64,000 nt of DNA, from positions 1,857-65,856 of the forward strand of contig NZ_JAUNPC010000005.1 in the NCBI RefSeq assembly GCF_030536915.1, read 5' to 3'. Both the position numbers and the translations under genes were made by a program. The notes under the pieces were generated by a model. That model searched no databases and was not told the origin of the DNA. It saw nothing but the letters and a program-made list of their open reading frames with translations. Shown here one piece after another: positions 49,479 through 61,393 of this stretch (position 1 is its first letter; every line of letters starts with the position of its first letter). This DNA comes from Paracoccus sp. (in: a-proteobacteria). Lineage in GTDB: Bacteria > Pseudomonadota > Alphaproteobacteria > Rhodobacterales > Rhodobacteraceae.

Positions 49479-50684
49479 TCATGGCGCGCCCGCGCTGCGG
49501 CCGGGCCAGTCGTTGACCGCCCGCGCGATGCGGCCGGGGGAATGGCTGCGGCCCGCATAGCGCCCGCCCAGCCGCAACGGCCCGGCCGTCATGGCGAAGT
49601 AGTCATAGTCCCCCGGCCGGTCGAAGGCATGAAGATACTGGAAATGCAGCCTGAACCACCGTCCCCGCAACGCCCGCCGCCTCTCGGGCGAAAGCGTCCG
49701 CGTGAAGGCCGCCGACAGCACCAGCGGCCCGCGCCGGCCGGGCGGTTCGACCCCCGAAACGGCAACCGGATCGCAGAGGCCGAAGCAGCAGGCATCCCCC
49801 GGCGCGGTCACGTCCACCCAGTCCACCTCGGGCCGGGCCGAGAGGTAGCGCAGGTCCGCCCGCAGACGCCCCGCACGCGGCAGGAAGGACATCATCGGCA
49901 CGACATGGCCCAGCGTCAGCAACGCCAGCCGCCCGTCCGCCCGTGCCCGGCCGGACCGGATCACGTCCGCCAGCACCGACACCGCCAGACAGGCGCCCGA
50001 GGAATGGCCGACGACCAGCACCTCGTCCCAGTCCTCCTCCAGCACCTCGGCGATGCGGCGGGCGAAGGCCGCGATGCGGTCCTCCAGCGCCGCCGGATAG
50101 GCGCCGCCATCCTGCGCGGTGAAGGCATAGTCGTGCATCAGGTAATAGGCGAAGAGGCGGCCATCGATCCGCCGGAAGACCCACAGGACCGCCCCCGCCG
50201 CGACCAGCCCCAGCGCCAGCCCCGGCACCCAGTGGACCAGCCGCGCGCCCGTCCACCACAGGAGGCCGCCCAGCGCCAGCGCCAGCGCAAGCTGCGCCAG
50301 AAGCAGGACGATGGGATAAAGCGCGGCGATCACCGGGCCGCGCCGCAGCCGCATCAGCCGGAACAACGCGCCCGAGCCCAGATAGACCCAGACCGTCCGC
50401 AGAAGCTGGGCATAGGTCGCCGGGATCGACCGGCCCATCGAGCCCTGCACCACATCGGCCCAGACCAGCACCTCGACATCCGCCTGCCCGGTCCCGGCCG
50501 GGAAATGCCCGGTCACGCCCCAGCCGAAGCCGGTGGGGTCGCGGCGCGGCCCGAACTCCAGCCGGTAGCCCGAGATGCGCGCCTGCGCCCTGCCCTCGCT
50601 GCGATAAAGCTCGCGGTAGCGGCGGGGCGGGACGGGGTCGTAGCCGGGAATGTAAAGCACCCGGCGGCGGAACGGAGAGGTCAT
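49479..50684 (-). CDS. Membrane-anchored alpha/beta-hydrolase-like protein
   Basis: YIPGYDP, central 2-TM hairpin, VVGHSSG nucleophile elbow, later Asp (GDACC) and His (HFQY). Confidence 0.7.
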   Translation of the reverse strand: MTSPFRRRVLYIPGYDPVPPRRYRELYRSEGRAQARISGYRLEFGPRRDPTGFGWGVTGHFPAGTGQADVEVLVWADVVQGSMGRSIPATYAQLLRTVWVYLGSGALFRLMRLRRGPVIAALYPIVLLLAQLALALALGGLLWWTGARLVHWVPGLALGLVAAGAVLWVFRRIDGRLFAYYLMHDYAFTAQDGGAYPAALEDRIAAFARRIAEVLEEDWDEVLVVGHSSGACLAVSVLADVIRSGRARADGRLALLTLGHVVPMMSFLPRAGRLRADLRYLSARPEVDWVDVTAPGDACCFGLCDPVAVSGVEPPGRRGPLVLSAAFTRTLSPERRRALRGRWFRLHFQYLHAFDRPGDYDYFAMTAGPLRLGGRYAGRSHSPGRIARAVNDWPGRSAGAP

Positions 50685-51030
50685 CGGGCGCCCCGGTTGA
50701 TGCGCCTGCAGCATATCGCCTTGAAGGCGAGCGGCAAGCCGCCAAGGCCCTGCCGGAAGCCGGCCATGGCATGACCGCCACCTCCCGGCCCGCCGATCCA
50801 TAGAAGGTGCCGCCCGGCATCCGGGGGCTGGCCGCCATCTCTTCCCAATCGTTGCATTGGCGGAAGCGCCGGGTGCAGCCTTTCCGGCAGGATGGATGCC
50901 ACGACCCGCATCACCCCTCCCGAACCTTCGCTTGAAAGTCACAACTACCGGGAACGCGGCGGCAGTGATCGGGGCGGATGGTTTGGCGCCATCGTCGCAG
51001 CGGACTGTCCCAGCGCAGCGCCTCGCCGCA

Positions 51031-52050
51031 TCACCTCAGCAGATGCAGGCCGGTCATCACCCAGCCACCCAGGAACAGGGTTTCAAGGACAAGAAGCGCA
51101 ACGGCGCTTGGCCCCACCTCGCGTATCCGGCCCAGCGAGGTGCCGATCCCGACCGCCGCGATCGCGGTCAGCAGGCACCAGCGCGACAGGCCGGTGGCGA
51201 TGTCGGACAAGGGGGCGGGGATCAGCCCCAGTGAATTCAGCGCGGCCAGCGCCAGGAACCCGGCCACGAAGCCGGGCAGAAGCGGCGGGCGCGCATCCGT
51301 CCCTTGGCGCGCGGATTGCCGGGACCGGATCGCCACCGACAGGAACAGCACCACGGGTGCCAGCATCGACACCCGGATCAGCTTGACCAGCGTGGCGGTC
51401 TCTCCGGCCTCGGGTCCCACGGTGAAGCCGGCGCCGACGACCTGGGCCACATCATGGATGGTGCCACCCAGGAACACGCCGGCAGTCTGCTGGTCATGGC
51501 CGAGCCAGCCCGACAGCATCGGGTAAAGGACCATCGCCACGGCGGAAAGCACTGTCACCGACAGCACGGTGAAGACGAGGTCGCGTTCCGACCGCTCGTG
51601 CCGCGGCAGCACCGCCGCGATTGCCATCGCGGCCGAGGCGCCGCAGATCGCGACCGCGCCCCCCGTCAGCAGGGCAAAGCGCCACTTGCGCCCGAAAAGC
51701 CGTGCCGCGCCCAGCGCGAACAGGATCGTCGCGATGACCCCCGTGACGATCAGCAGCACCAGCGGCCAGCCCAGCCGGGCCAGCATCTCGACCGAGATCC
51801 GCGCGCCCAGCAGCGCCACGCCCAGCCGCAGCACCGTGCGCCCGGCCAGCGCCACCCCATGCGCCGTGCGCGTACCTTCTTCGCCCAGGAAGTTCAGCGC
51901 CAGTCCCAGCAGCAGGGCCATCAGCATCGCCGGCACGCCGTAATGTTCCGACAGGAACTGCGCCGTCGCAGCCACCAGCGCCGAGACCGCGAGGCCCGGG
52001 AAAGCCTGTGAAAGACCCTGCGCCCAAGGGAATTGCGGCATTGCCACCAC
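51031..52050 (-). CDS. YeiH/PSE putative sulfate exporter
   Basis: AICGASAA, GGTIHDVAQVVGAG, VKLIRV. Confidence 0.88.
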   Translation of the reverse strand: MVAMPQFPWAQGLSQAFPGLAVSALVAATAQFLSEHYGVPAMLMALLLGLALNFLGEEGTRTAHGVALAGRTVLRLGVALLGARISVEMLARLGWPLVLLIVTGVIATILFALGAARLFGRKWRFALLTGGAVAICGASAAMAIAAVLPRHERSERDLVFTVLSVTVLSAVAMVLYPMLSGWLGHDQQTAGVFLGGTIHDVAQVVGAGFTVGPEAGETATLVKLIRVSMLAPVVLFLSVAIRSRQSARQGTDARPPLLPGFVAGFLALAALNSLGLIPAPLSDIATGLSRWCLLTAIAAVGIGTSLGRIREVGPSAVALLVLETLFLGGWVMTGLHLLR

Positions 52051-52134
52051 GTCCTTTCGTCAACTCTCCTGCAGTCGTCGGACCCGAGGCCGCCTGCAAG
52101 CCGGAAAGGGGCGATTTCCGCGATCGGATGCCCC

Positions 52135-52644
52135 TCAGGGCAGAGGACCTTCCCCGCGGCCGGGCCCGGAAAGCGCGTCGGTGAGGCCCGGACGGTCGTT
52201 CCGTCCGGCCTGGATCGCCCGCATCCTTTCAGGCCAGCGCGACTTGATGAAGGCAAGGATGGCGGCGATGTCATCCTCTGCCAGCACCTCGCCGAAGGCG
52301 GGCATGCCCGATGTCATGGGCACCCCCATGTCATCCAGAACCGCCTGACCGCCGCGCCGGATGTAATCCGTCAGCATGGCGTCGTCATGATGCCAGGTAT
52401 GCCCGGTCTCGTCATGCGGCGGCGCGGGCAGGACACCGTCCGCATCGGGGATCTGCCAGTCAGGTTGCCCCTCAAGCCCGGCTCCGTGGCAGGATGCACA
52501 ATGCGCGGCGTAAAGCGCCGCTCCGCGCTGCAGGTCGGGAGAGCGGGTGAAGAACCACGTCGCCGCCATCGCCAGGGCAGCGGCGATTACGAAAATCCAC
52601 CACCTCCGGACCGGGCGGGGCACGAGTGAACGGGCAGAGGCCAT
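52135..52644 (-). CDS. Monoheme cytochrome c
   Basis: N-terminal TM, CASCH, PAPPHD, HTWHH, MPAF. Confidence 0.85.
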   Translation of the reverse strand: MASARSLVPRPVRRWWIFVIAAALAMAATWFFTRSPDLQRGAALYAAHCASCHGAGLEGQPDWQIPDADGVLPAPPHDETGHTWHHDDAMLTDYIRRGGQAVLDDMGVPMTSGMPAFGEVLAEDDIAAILAFIKSRWPERMRAIQAGRNDRPGLTDALSGPGRGEGPLP

Positions 52645-52741
52645 GCCCGGCAGATTGCCGCCGCCGGTTCGCGGGTCAAGTTCGTATCGTCCCATGTGCC
52701 CCGCGCGCCGTGACAGGCCGCGCCTTGCCGGAAACCGCCGC

Positions 52742-53593
52742 CTAGGTCTTTGTTCCGGCGGTCGGCAGGCCGAAGGTTTCGATGATGCGCTGCTCGAACT
52801 CCTTGTCCGGCAGGCTGCGGCGCAGGGGCACGAAGCTTTCCGCCTCGGCGCCGACGGGCACGGCGATGTCGCTGCCCTCGTTCTCGATGATCGCCTTCAC
52901 GGCCTCGGCGATTGGCTGGGGCGACGGCCCTTCGTTGATGGCGGCGGCCACAACGGGAACGAAATGCCCGACGAGGTCGCGGTAGGGCGAATCCCCCGAT
53001 GTGGTGTCGGGATTGGCCACCAGCCCCTTGCGCACGAAATTGGTCCCGAAGAGGCCGGCAAGGACGGAATGCACCCTGATCCCGAACTGCCCCACCTCAA
53101 GCCGCAGTGAATCGGTGATCCCCTCGACCGCGTATTTGCTGGCGTTGTAATGTGTCAGCAGCGGCAGCCCCATGCGCCCGAGAAAGGACGAGATGTTGAT
53201 GATGACGCCGCCATTCGCCGCGCGCATGTGGGGCAGGACCTCGCGCGTCATCCGCAGCAGGCCGAAGACGTTGACGTCGAACTGCCGGATCATCTCGTCG
53301 TCGGTGCCGTCCTCGACCGTGGCCAGCAGCCCGAAGCCCGCGTTGTTCACCAGCACGTCGATGCCGCCCGCCTCGGCCACGACGCGGGCCACGGCCTCGC
53401 GCACGAGGGCCGGATCCTGCACGTCCAGCCGCACGGTCGTCAGCCCGGCACCCTGCGCCCGCGCCGCGTCCATCAGCTCCGCCTCGCCCTCGCGGACGCC
53501 CGCGAAGACGCGATAGCCGCTTCGGGCCAGAAGAAGCGCGGTCGCCCGCCCCATGCCGGACCGTGCGCCGGTGATCAGAACGCTTTTGCTCAT
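52742..53593 (-). CDS. Short-chain dehydrogenase/reductase
   Basis: TGARSGMG, NNAG, YNASK. Confidence 0.9.
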   Translation of the reverse strand: MSKSVLITGARSGMGRATALLLARSGYRVFAGVREGEAELMDAARAQGAGLTTVRLDVQDPALVREAVARVVAEAGGIDVLVNNAGFGLLATVEDGTDDEMIRQFDVNVFGLLRMTREVLPHMRAANGGVIINISSFLGRMGLPLLTHYNASKYAVEGITDSLRLEVGQFGIRVHSVLAGLFGTNFVRKGLVANPDTTSGDSPYRDLVGHFVPVVAAAINEGPSPQPIAEAVKAIIENEGSDIAVPVGAEAESFVPLRRSLPDKEFEQRIIETFGLPTAGTKT

Positions 53594-54022
53594 GCCGTCC
53601 CCCCTTATGACCCGCTGCTGCGGAAGCGGGCTGCATCCCGCCGTCACCGCCGAACGCCCATGGCTGCAGGCCGGATCCACGGGGCTGTCCGGCCGGTCCC
53701 GGCAGAGTGGCGCCATCCCGCCTCGTCCTCGGCCATGGGCAAGCGGATGCACCGATCGCACGGGGCCTGCCGTAAAGGACAGGCCCCGGCCAGCGCGGCT
53801 TGCGAAAACCTGGATCGGTCAGGGCCTTCCATGAGGACGAACCGAGCCCCGCAACAAAAAGCCGAAAGCTGGACCGGACAGTCCCATGCCGGGCTGCTGC
53901 AAAGGTCCGGCCTGAAGAAGCAGCAGGCGGATCGCCCTGCCCGCCGGTTCGGTCGAATGCGTCAGCCTGCCCCCGCCGGGCGATCAGGCAAGGATCGGCG
54001 CAAGGCTGAACAGCCCGCCGGA

Positions 54023-55543
<1,521 letters not shown>

Positions 55544-56539
55544 TCAGGCGATCGCGGCGTTGGACCGGGCGGGCAAGCGGCCCTGCATCCATTCGCGCAT
55601 GACCAGCGCCAGAACCGGCAGGACGGTCAGCGTGGCCAGCACCAGCAGCACCCCTGCGATCAGGCGATGCGCCTCGCTGGGCGCGGCCATCCACAGGGCG
55701 ACCCAGGCGGCGGCGGTCGCCGACAGTGCAAGGGCCGGGGCGCCCCAGAAGGCCGAGAAGCCGTCCGCCAGCAGCCAGCGTCCCCCGGCCAGCATCGCCA
55801 GCACGCCCGCCAGCGCCAGCCAGGCAAGCACCGCCCCCAAGGTGGTCCAATCGACTGCCAGCAGCACGGTCGCCAGCACCGGAACGGGCGCAAGATGCAG
55901 CGCCAGCAGCGGCCGCAACGGGGCCGGAACGCGCAGGCGCCGCAGTTGCCGGACGCTCAGCATCCAGATCAGCGGCACCCCGATGGCGGCTGGCATGCAG
56001 AACCACGCCAGCAGGGGCCAGCCGAGCAGCAATCCGGCCTGCGCCGCCACCGCAAGACCGGCGAGGCTCAGGTGCCAGTCGGGTGAGACCATGCGGCGCT
56101 CGGGCGGGCCGTCGCGCAGCAGGGGCAGCATGGCAACGACTGTCCAGCCATGCAGAAGAAGCCCGAGGATCAGCAGCAACCGCCCGGCGCCGATGCTGAG
56201 CGTCGCCCCGACAAGCCCCCCCAGCAGGTAGAGCGACAGCATCGCGGCGCCGACCCCTGCCCTGCCCGGCAGGATCGCCAGTTCCTCCATCATCACCGAG
56301 GGACGGCGCGCCAGCTTGCAGCCATAGGCAAACAGCGCGAAGGCCGCGAGGGCCGCAATCATCCCCGCCAGCATCTGCCCCGCCCCGGCGGGCAGCGCGA
56401 AGGCGCCGGCACCGACTACCCAGGCAAGCCCCAGTTCCAGCGCGGCCAGAACGGCAAGGAACATCACCGGCGGCACGCGGCGGAAGCGGCCGGGCGGCAC
56501 CGGGCGGGGCATGGCGAAATGCAGGCGTTCGCGGCTCAT
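55544..56539 (-). CDS. TDT/TehA-like multi-pass membrane protein
   Basis: About 10 hydrophobic segments, PPVMF, RPLLALHLAP, FSAFWG. Confidence 0.6.
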   Translation of the reverse strand: MSRERLHFAMPRPVPPGRFRRVPPVMFLAVLAALELGLAWVVGAGAFALPAGAGQMLAGMIAALAAFALFAYGCKLARRPSVMMEELAILPGRAGVGAAMLSLYLLGGLVGATLSIGAGRLLLILGLLLHGWTVVAMLPLLRDGPPERRMVSPDWHLSLAGLAVAAQAGLLLGWPLLAWFCMPAAIGVPLIWMLSVRQLRRLRVPAPLRPLLALHLAPVPVLATVLLAVDWTTLGAVLAWLALAGVLAMLAGGRWLLADGFSAFWGAPALALSATAAAWVALWMAAPSEAHRLIAGVLLVLATLTVLPVLALVMREWMQGRLPARSNAAIA

Positions 56540-56714
56540 GCCCCATGATCGCAGGCTCTCGGAGGGATGCAAGCGTGGCGGTTGCGCCACGCAGCGCCCT
56601 GACGCGCGCGCCATACGCCGCGTCACGTGACGGCCCTGATTGACCGAAGCGGCCGGAAAGTCGCAAGAGATAGGCAAGAACCCGCTTAAAGGCGCACTTT
56701 CGGGAGGAAAGATC

Positions 56715-57839
56715 ATGAAACGCACATTTACCGCGACCGCCGCATTGCTGCTGACCGCCGCGCCGGTTTTCGCCGGCGGAATCGAACGGGCGCCCCAGTC
56801 GCTCGGCATCCTGTTCGAGCCGGGCAATTACGCGGAACTGAGCTTCGGCGGCGTGAACCCCACGGTCCGCGGCACCGACGCGGCGGGCGCCGCCACCCGC
56901 GACGTGGCGCAGGGCTACGGCTTCTTCGGGCTCGCCTACAAGCATCAGTTCAACGAGAACCTGTCGGCGGCGATCATCATCGAACAGCCCTTCGGCGCGG
57001 ACCTTCGCTATCCCCTGGCGCCCAACGGATCGCCGGTTCTGGGCGGCACGCGGGTGGAAGTGAACTCGACGACCTATACCGGGCTTCTGCGCTACAGGTT
57101 CGAGAACAACTTTTCGGTCCACGGGGGCGTCCGCGCCTCGCATGCCGATGGCGGGGTGAGGCTGGACGGCGCGGGCTATGCGGCCACCGCCGGCTACGAT
57201 CTTGAAATCGACAAGGAATGGGGCGTCGGCTACGTGGTCGGCGCGGCCTATGAGATTCCCGCGATCGCGGCCCGCGTGTCGCTGACCTACAACTCGCCGA
57301 TCGAGCATGATTTCGGGATGACCGAAAGCGGCGGCCCCCTGCCGGCGACGTTCCGGGGCGACTACACGGTCAAGACCCCGCGCAGCTGGGTGCTGGAAGG
57401 CCAGACCGGCATCGCCGCAGACACGCTGCTTTTCGGCTCGGTCCGCTGGGTGAAATGGTCGGAGTTCAAGGTGGACAACTTCCTGTTCCCGATCCCGATC
57501 GGGGCAGGCGTCCCGCTGGTCGAGGTCGAGGACACGACCACCTATACCATCGGCATCGGCCGCAAGTTCACCGAGAACTGGTCCGGCTCGGTCTCGTTCC
57601 TGTATGAGCCGAGCGAGGACGGCCTTGCCTCTCCGCTGGCCCCGACGGACGGACGCAAGGCGATCACGCTGGCGGCGATCTACACGATGGACAACCTCAA
57701 GGTCACGACCGGCATCAACTACACCAAGCTGGGCGATGCGGACCTCGGCGTGGGCGAAACCGGCAACAAGCGCTACGTCGCCACGATGGACGACAATGAC
57801 GCCGTCGGCTTCGGCATCCGGGTCGGCTACAGCTTCTGA
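56715..57839 (+). CDS. FadL/OmpP1 family outer-membrane transporter
   Basis: Signal peptide, GGIER, QPFGA, beta-strand pattern, C-terminal YSF. Confidence 0.8.
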   Translation: MKRTFTATAALLLTAAPVFAGGIERAPQSLGILFEPGNYAELSFGGVNPTVRGTDAAGAATRDVAQGYGFFGLAYKHQFNENLSAAIIIEQPFGADLRYPLAPNGSPVLGGTRVEVNSTTYTGLLRYRFENNFSVHGGVRASHADGGVRLDGAGYAATAGYDLEIDKEWGVGYVVGAAYEIPAIAARVSLTYNSPIEHDFGMTESGGPLPATFRGDYTVKTPRSWVLEGQTGIAADTLLFGSVRWVKWSEFKVDNFLFPIPIGAGVPLVEVEDTTTYTIGIGRKFTENWSGSVSFLYEPSEDGLASPLAPTDGRKAITLAAIYTMDNLKVTTGINYTKLGDADLGVGETGNKRYVATMDDNDAVGFGIRVGYSF

Positions 57840-57858
57840 CCGCTGCCGTTCCGGCCGG

Positions 57859-57884
57859 AGGCCCCGCCCCTGCGGGGCCTTTTC
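57859..57884 (+). terminator. Intrinsic terminator after fadL-like gene
   Basis: AGGCCCCGC-CCCT-GCGGGGCCT-TTT. Confidence 0.7.
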
Positions 57885-57938
57885 CTTTCCCGCCACGGCC
57901 CTTAGGAACTGCCCGTTGCGATCAGGACGGGCGGGCAG

Positions 57939-58799
57939 ATGTATTCCAGCGGCAAGGCGTGGCTTGAGGCCCCGGAAAAGCGGGTGATGCTGTTCGGGAT
58001 GTCGGGCCTGGGCAAGACCCATGTCGCGTCGATGCTGCGCCGGTCGGGCGCGTGGTTCCATTACAGCGTCGATTACCGCATCGGCACCCGCTACATGGGC
58101 GAGCTGATCGCCGACGACTTCAAGCGCCACGCCATGAAGGTGCCGCTGCTGCGCGAGTTGCTGATGACGGACTCGGTCAGGATCGAGTCGAACATCACCT
58201 TCGACAACCTCGCGCCGTTGTCCACCTATCTGGGCAAGCCGGGCGATCCGGCGCGAGGCGGCCTGCCCTTCCACGACTACAAGCGCCGCCAGGACCAGCA
58301 CCGCGCGGCCGAGATCGCCGCCATGCTGGATTCGGGCCATTTCATCACCCGCGCCAGGGAGATCTACGGCTACAGCCATTTCGTCTGCGACACCTCGGGG
58401 TCCATCTGCGAGGTCGTGGACCCGGAAAACCCGGATGATCCCGTGCTGCGGGCGCTGTCGGCGCTGATGCTGCCGGTCTGGATTCGCGGCACCGAAGCGC
58501 ATACCTCGGAACTCGTCCGCCGCTTCGACCAAGCGCCAAAGCCCATGTATTACCAGCCCGCCTTCCTCGCCGCCGCATGGGAGGACTATGGCCGGACCCA
58601 CCCCGGCCCCGTCGATCCCGACGCCTTCATCCGCTGGACCTATGCCCGCGCCCTGGCCCATCGCCAGCCGCGCTATGCGGCGATGGCCCGCCGCGGCGTC
58701 ACCGTCGAGGCCGACGAGATCGCCCGTGTGGCGGACCCGCAAGACTTCGTCGATCTGATCGCCGCCGCGATCGACCGCTCGGCCCGAAAGGAAGACTGA
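57939..58799 (+). CDS. Uncharacterised P-loop NTPase/kinase-like protein
   Basis: N-terminal [18 protein letters not shown]; stop overlaps metA start (TGATG). Confidence 0.75.
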   Translation: MYSSGKAWLEAPEKRVMLFGMSGLGKTHVASMLRRSGAWFHYSVDYRIGTRYMGELIADDFKRHAMKVPLLRELLMTDSVRIESNITFDNLAPLSTYLGKPGDPARGGLPFHDYKRRQDQHRAAEIAAMLDSGHFITRAREIYGYSHFVCDTSGSICEVVDPENPDDPVLRALSALMLPVWIRGTEAHTSELVRRFDQAPKPMYYQPAFLAAAWEDYGRTHPGPVDPDAFIRWTYARALAHRQPRYAAMARRGVTVEADEIARVADPQDFVDLIAAAIDRSARKED

Positions 58800-59725
58800 T
58801 GCCCATCACCCTGCCCGAGAACCTGCCCGCATTCGACATCCTGCGGAACGAAGGCGTCATGGTGATGAGCCCGGACCGCGCGGCGCGGCAGGATATCCGC
58901 CCGATCAGCATCGCGCTGCTGAACCTGATGCCGAAGAAGATCCAGACGGAAAACCAGTTCGCCCGGCTGATCGGGGCGACGCCGCTGCAGATCAACCTGT
59001 CCCTGATCCGCATGTCGGACCACGAAGCCAAGAACACCGCTGCCGAGCATCTGGAATCCTTCTACCGCCCCTTCGCCGAGGTCGAGGCCGCGGGCGACCG
59101 CTTTGACGGGCTGATCGTCACCGGCGCCCCGGTCGAGCACCTGCCCTTCGAGGAGGTGACCTACTGGAATGAATTGCGCCGCGTCTTCGACTGGACGCAA
59201 ACCCATGTCCATTCCACCTTCGGCGTCTGCTGGGGCGGCATGGCGATGGCATGGCATTTCCACGCGTTGCCCAAGCACCTGCTGGACGCCAAGGCCTTCG
59301 GCTGCTTCCGCCACCGCAACCTCGCGCCTGCCTCGCCCTATCTGCGGGGCTTTTCCGACGACGTGTTGATCCCCGTCAGCCGCTGGACCGAGGTGCGGCA
59401 GGACGACATCGACCGGCGCGCGGACCTGACGACGCTGCTTGCCTCGGACCACGCCGGGCCGTGCCTTGTCGAGGATGCGGCGCATCGCGCGCTTTATATC
59501 TTCAACCACCTGGAATACGATTCCGGCACGCTCAAGGACGAATACGACCGCGACGTGGCTGCGGGGAAACCCATCGGGGTGCCCGCGAATTACTATCCCG
59601 ACGACGACCCCACGCGCTGCCCGTCGAACCGCTGGCGCAGCCACGCGCATCTGCTTTACGGCAACTGGATCAACGAGATCTACCAGACCACGCCATTCGA
59701 CCTGAACGACATCGGACGCGGATGA
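58799..59725 (+). CDS. metA: Homoserine O-acyltransferase (MetA family, likely acetyl-type)
   Basis: LNLMPKK, TGAPVE, VCWG, NHLEY, WRSHA. Confidence 0.93.
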   Translation: MPITLPENLPAFDILRNEGVMVMSPDRAARQDIRPISIALLNLMPKKIQTENQFARLIGATPLQINLSLIRMSDHEAKNTAAEHLESFYRPFAEVEAAGDRFDGLIVTGAPVEHLPFEEVTYWNELRRVFDWTQTHVHSTFGVCWGGMAMAWHFHALPKHLLDAKAFGCFRHRNLAPASPYLRGFSDDVLIPVSRWTEVRQDDIDRRADLTTLLASDHAGPCLVEDAAHRALYIFNHLEYDSGTLKDEYDRDVAAGKPIGVPANYYPDDDPTRCPSNRWRSHAHLLYGNWINEIYQTTPFDLNDIGRG

Positions 59726-59726
59726 C

Positions 59727-60620
59727 ATGAAGAAGAAGCCGCCCTCGTTGCAGCAAAACCCCCTTGTCGGCCAGATCAGCCGGTATTTCCGCGACGAGGC
59801 CCCGGCCGCCATCCGCCGCGCGATCGAGAAGGCGGACGAGGACGACATTCTCGACCCGAGCTATCCTTATCGCAACGAGATGCCGAAGGGCGCCTACGAG
59901 GACCGCACCGAGGCCCTGCAGGTGCAGATGGTCACGATGCTGGGCGACGTGATCGCCACCGGCAAGCGCGTGGTGGTGCTGTTCGAAGGACGCGACGCCG
60001 CCGGCAAGGGCGGCACCATCGACGTGATGCGCGAAAACCTCAATCCGCGCTCGGCCTATGTCGTGGCCCTGCCGAGGCCGACCGAGCGCGAGGCGGGGCA
60101 ATGGTATTTCCAGCGCTATGTCGCCCGGCTTCCCGCCGCCGGAGAGATCGCGCTGTTCGACCGAAGTTGGTACAACCGCGGCGTGGTCGAGCGCGTCTTC
60201 GGCTTCGCCTCGGAATCGCAGCGGGCGCAGTTCTTCCGCCAGTTGCCGGATTTCGAAAAGCTGCTGGTGGATGACGGCATCATCCTGGTCAAGCTGTGGC
60301 TGAACGTGGGCCGGGCCGAGCAGTTGCGCCGCTTCCTCGACCGCGAAAAGGACCTGCTGAAGCGGTGGAAGCTCAGCGCCATCGACGTGGACGGTCTGGG
60401 GCGCTGGGACGACTACACGGCGGCGATCGGCGAGACCCTGTCGCTCAGCCATACGCCGGTGGCGCCCTGGACGGTGATCCGGTCGGACGACAAGCGGCGT
60501 GCCCGGATTGCGGCCATGCAGGCGGTTCTGGGCCGGGTGGATTACGCCGGCAAGGATCACGCCCTGATCGGCGCGCCCGACCCGCTGATCGCCGGCGGGC
60601 CGGAGATGCTGCGGCGCTAG
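59727..60620 (+). CDS. ppk2: Polyphosphate kinase 2
   Basis: [36 protein letters not shown]. Confidence 0.93.
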   Translation: MKKKPPSLQQNPLVGQISRYFRDEAPAAIRRAIEKADEDDILDPSYPYRNEMPKGAYEDRTEALQVQMVTMLGDVIATGKRVVVLFEGRDAAGKGGTIDVMRENLNPRSAYVVALPRPTEREAGQWYFQRYVARLPAAGEIALFDRSWYNRGVVERVFGFASESQRAQFFRQLPDFEKLLVDDGIILVKLWLNVGRAEQLRRFLDREKDLLKRWKLSAIDVDGLGRWDDYTAAIGETLSLSHTPVAPWTVIRSDDKRRARIAAMQAVLGRVDYAGKDHALIGAPDPLIAGGPEMLRR

Positions 60621-60637
60621 CCCCGGCTCGGGCCGCG

Positions 60638-61267
60638 TCAGTAGGTCGATAAGCTGAAGCCGATAAAGGTCTCGTCCTCGACGAACTTGTGCCCCAGCCT
60701 GACCCTGAGCCGCCGGGTCACGGGCGCCGAGGCCATCAGCGTCGGCGTCACCTCTCCGCCCGCCTCGTGCCAGACCGACAACTGCCCGCCCAGGCCGGAT
60801 GGCATATGCGTCAGCCCGCCCACCAGCAGCGCGGCATCGTCGATGGCGGTGTAATCGGCCATCACGAAGGTGCCCCAGCGGCCGTATTCGGCCCATCGGT
60901 CCGCCGACAGCCGCATCCCGGCCTGCAGGCGCGCGCAGCTTTCGCCCTCTGCGTCGAGGCAGCGGGTCCAGCGGTGGTCGTCGCGCTGCCACCACGCGAT
61001 CTCCTCGGCCTTCAGGGCAGGGCCGGCGCGCAGCTTCCATGGCGCTTGATCGTCGCCCACCTGCCAAGTGTAGAGGGCCGAGGCGCGGGACCACAACTCT
61101 CCGTCGTCGCGGCCAAGGCCGAAGCCCCAGACGATCCGGCCCCGTTCGATGTTGGTGACAAGCTGGGCGCCGCCCTTCCAGGCGTCGAACTGGGTCCATG
61201 TGCCATCCCCTGCGGTCCCCGCGCAGGGGGCCAGCAACGAAACGATCAGCAGGACAAGACGGCGCAT
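60638..61267 (-). CDS. Hypothetical exported protein, probable small beta-barrel
   Basis: Signal peptide, aromatic-rich alternating strands, C-terminal FSLSTY. Confidence 0.6.
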   Translation of the reverse strand: MRRLVLLIVSLLAPCAGTAGDGTWTQFDAWKGGAQLVTNIERGRIVWGFGLGRDDGELWSRASALYTWQVGDDQAPWKLRAGPALKAEEIAWWQRDDHRWTRCLDAEGESCARLQAGMRLSADRWAEYGRWGTFVMADYTAIDDAALLVGGLTHMPSGLGGQLSVWHEAGGEVTPTLMASAPVTRRLRVRLGHKFVEDETFIGFSLSTY

Positions 61268-61301
61268 CGGGGATCCCCTTTACGCCTAGTCTACCGTCAG
61301 G

Positions 61302-61320
61302 ATGGTTGACGGATGGTTAA
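61302..61320 (-). promoter_or_regulatory. CtrA-like binding site
   Basis: Minus strand TTAACCAT-CCG-TCAACCAT (TTAA-N7-TCAAC). Confidence 0.5.
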
Positions 61321-61393
61321 GACGGACCTCGCTTGCCCGCGCCGCAAGCGCGGCCTAGCGTCTGAACAGATGTTCATTTCCGGGGAGGGAACC

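Noticed and set aside
53594-54022. Long intergenic gaps (also 50685-51030) as riboswitch or sRNA
   Set aside because: Only generic GC hairpins were seen, with no recognisable aptamer or repeat match; unresolved without covariance or expression data.
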